A DNA stretch of 56,746 bases. Source: a virus (lineage: Duplodnaviria > Caudoviricetes). The stretch covers positions 1 through 56,746 of the IMG/VR virus record IMGVR_UViG_3300031520_000193; one strand, given 5' to 3'. Within the stretch, counting starts at the first letter, position 1. Every line of letters starts with the position of its first letter. Both the position numbers and the translations under genes were made by a program. The notes beneath the pieces are model-generated. The model was not told the origin of the DNA, did no database searches, and was given only the letters and a program-made list of their open reading frames with translations. This document shows, piece after piece, positions 56,160-56,746 of this stretch.

Positions 56160-56746
56160 CGCGCGCGAAGAAAGCAGCGCCGGTTGCCACTCCCGGCGAC
56201 TTCACCCCCGACGCCCTCGCGCTCCGCACAACGGACGCGAAGGGTCGGGCGTATGGCGGCTATCAGTGGCCGGTCGAGGTCGGCGCGATTGTCGAATGTC
56301 CCGATTGGAACCCGGTGGCCAAGTGCGGAAACGGCTTTCACGGCTATCTCGACGGCCTCGGCTCCCGCGACCAGTGTTCGGATAGCGCGGACGCGCTGTG
56401 GTGGATCGTCGAGGTGGTGCGCGCGGAATGCGTGTTGATCGACGGCGACAAGGGCAAGTTTCCGCGCTGCCGAGTGGCCTATGTTGGCTCTTTCGGCGGG
56501 GCGCTGGCAAGGCTTCCCCTTGAAATGGTGAAGGGCATTTTTGCTCAAACCGAGGCCGTCAGCTCCGCCGCCGCGACGACCGGGGTCAGCTCCGCCGCCG
56601 CGACGACCGGGTACAGGTCCGCCGCCGCGACGACCGGGGACGGCTCCGCCGCCGCGACGACCGGGTACAGATCCGCCGCCGCGACGACCGGGTACAGGTC
56701 CGCCGCCGCGACGACCGGGGACGGCTCCGCCGCCGCGACGACCGGG
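56156..56746 (+). CDS. Phage protein with 9-aa tandem repeats (partial, runs off window end)
   Basis: YGGYQWP..G..VECPDW....CGNGFHG domain followed by (xxSAAATTG)n; absent from the ORF track because it has no stop. Confidence 0.8.
   Translation, partial: MTRAKKAAPVATPGDFTPDALALRTTDAKGRAYGGYQWPVEVGAIVECPDWNPVAKCGNGFHGYLDGLGSRDQCSDSADALWWIVEVVRAECVLIDGDKGKFPRCRVAYVGSFGGALARLPLEMVKGIFAQTEAVSSAAATTGVSSAAATTGYRSAAATTGDGSAAATTGYRSAAATTGYRSAAATTGDGSAAATTG
56558..56746 (+). repeat. 27-bp tandem repeat, 7 units up to the window end
   Basis: N6-TCCGCCGCCGCGACGACCGGG units. Confidence 0.95.

Larger units (their letters stand above)
1..56746. mobile_element. Tailed temperate-type phage/prophage region carrying two contractile-tail virion modules
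   Basis: Terminase, portal, two capsids, two sheaths, lysis genes, cI/cro switch and replication genes; no host housekeeping genes seen. Confidence 0.95.

Noticed and set aside
56558-56746. CRISPR-like repeat array
   Set aside because: The spacers are only 6 nt and recur, the 27-nt period is in frame within an ORF, and there are no cas genes

Overview
GC-rich tailed-phage DNA with alphaproteobacterial (Sphingomonas-like) gene content, probably most of a temperate phage genome. All family assignments come from motif recognition and gene order, not database searches. The minus strand reads right to left: an immunity switch (cI/cro with four 17-bp operators), early genes (GcrA-like HTH/MT-A70, RusA, DUF1376 initiator, split primase-helicase, NusG-family antiterminator), terS/terL, and then two consecutive, apparently intact myovirus virion gene sets before a single lysis cassette. 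Module A (about 23.4-45.2 kb) has portal, protease/scaffold, capsid, neck, sheath, tube, chaperones, tape measure, baseplate, fibre and tailspike. Module B (about 4.4-23.4 kb) is Bcep781-like, with DUF2213 protease, cement, DUF2184 capsid, DUF4054 adaptor, DUF3383 sheath, tube, chaperones, tape measure, baseplate, fibre and a glycoside hydrolase, but it has no portal, terminase or minor-head gene of its own. The A/B junction is a clean GTGA stop/start overlap with a ribosome-binding site, and both modules keep a -1 slippery site in their tail-chaperone gene. This two-virion architecture is the main candidate novel system. I saw no integrase, tRNA, rRNA or CRISPR array. The window ends inside a 27-bp coding tandem repeat.
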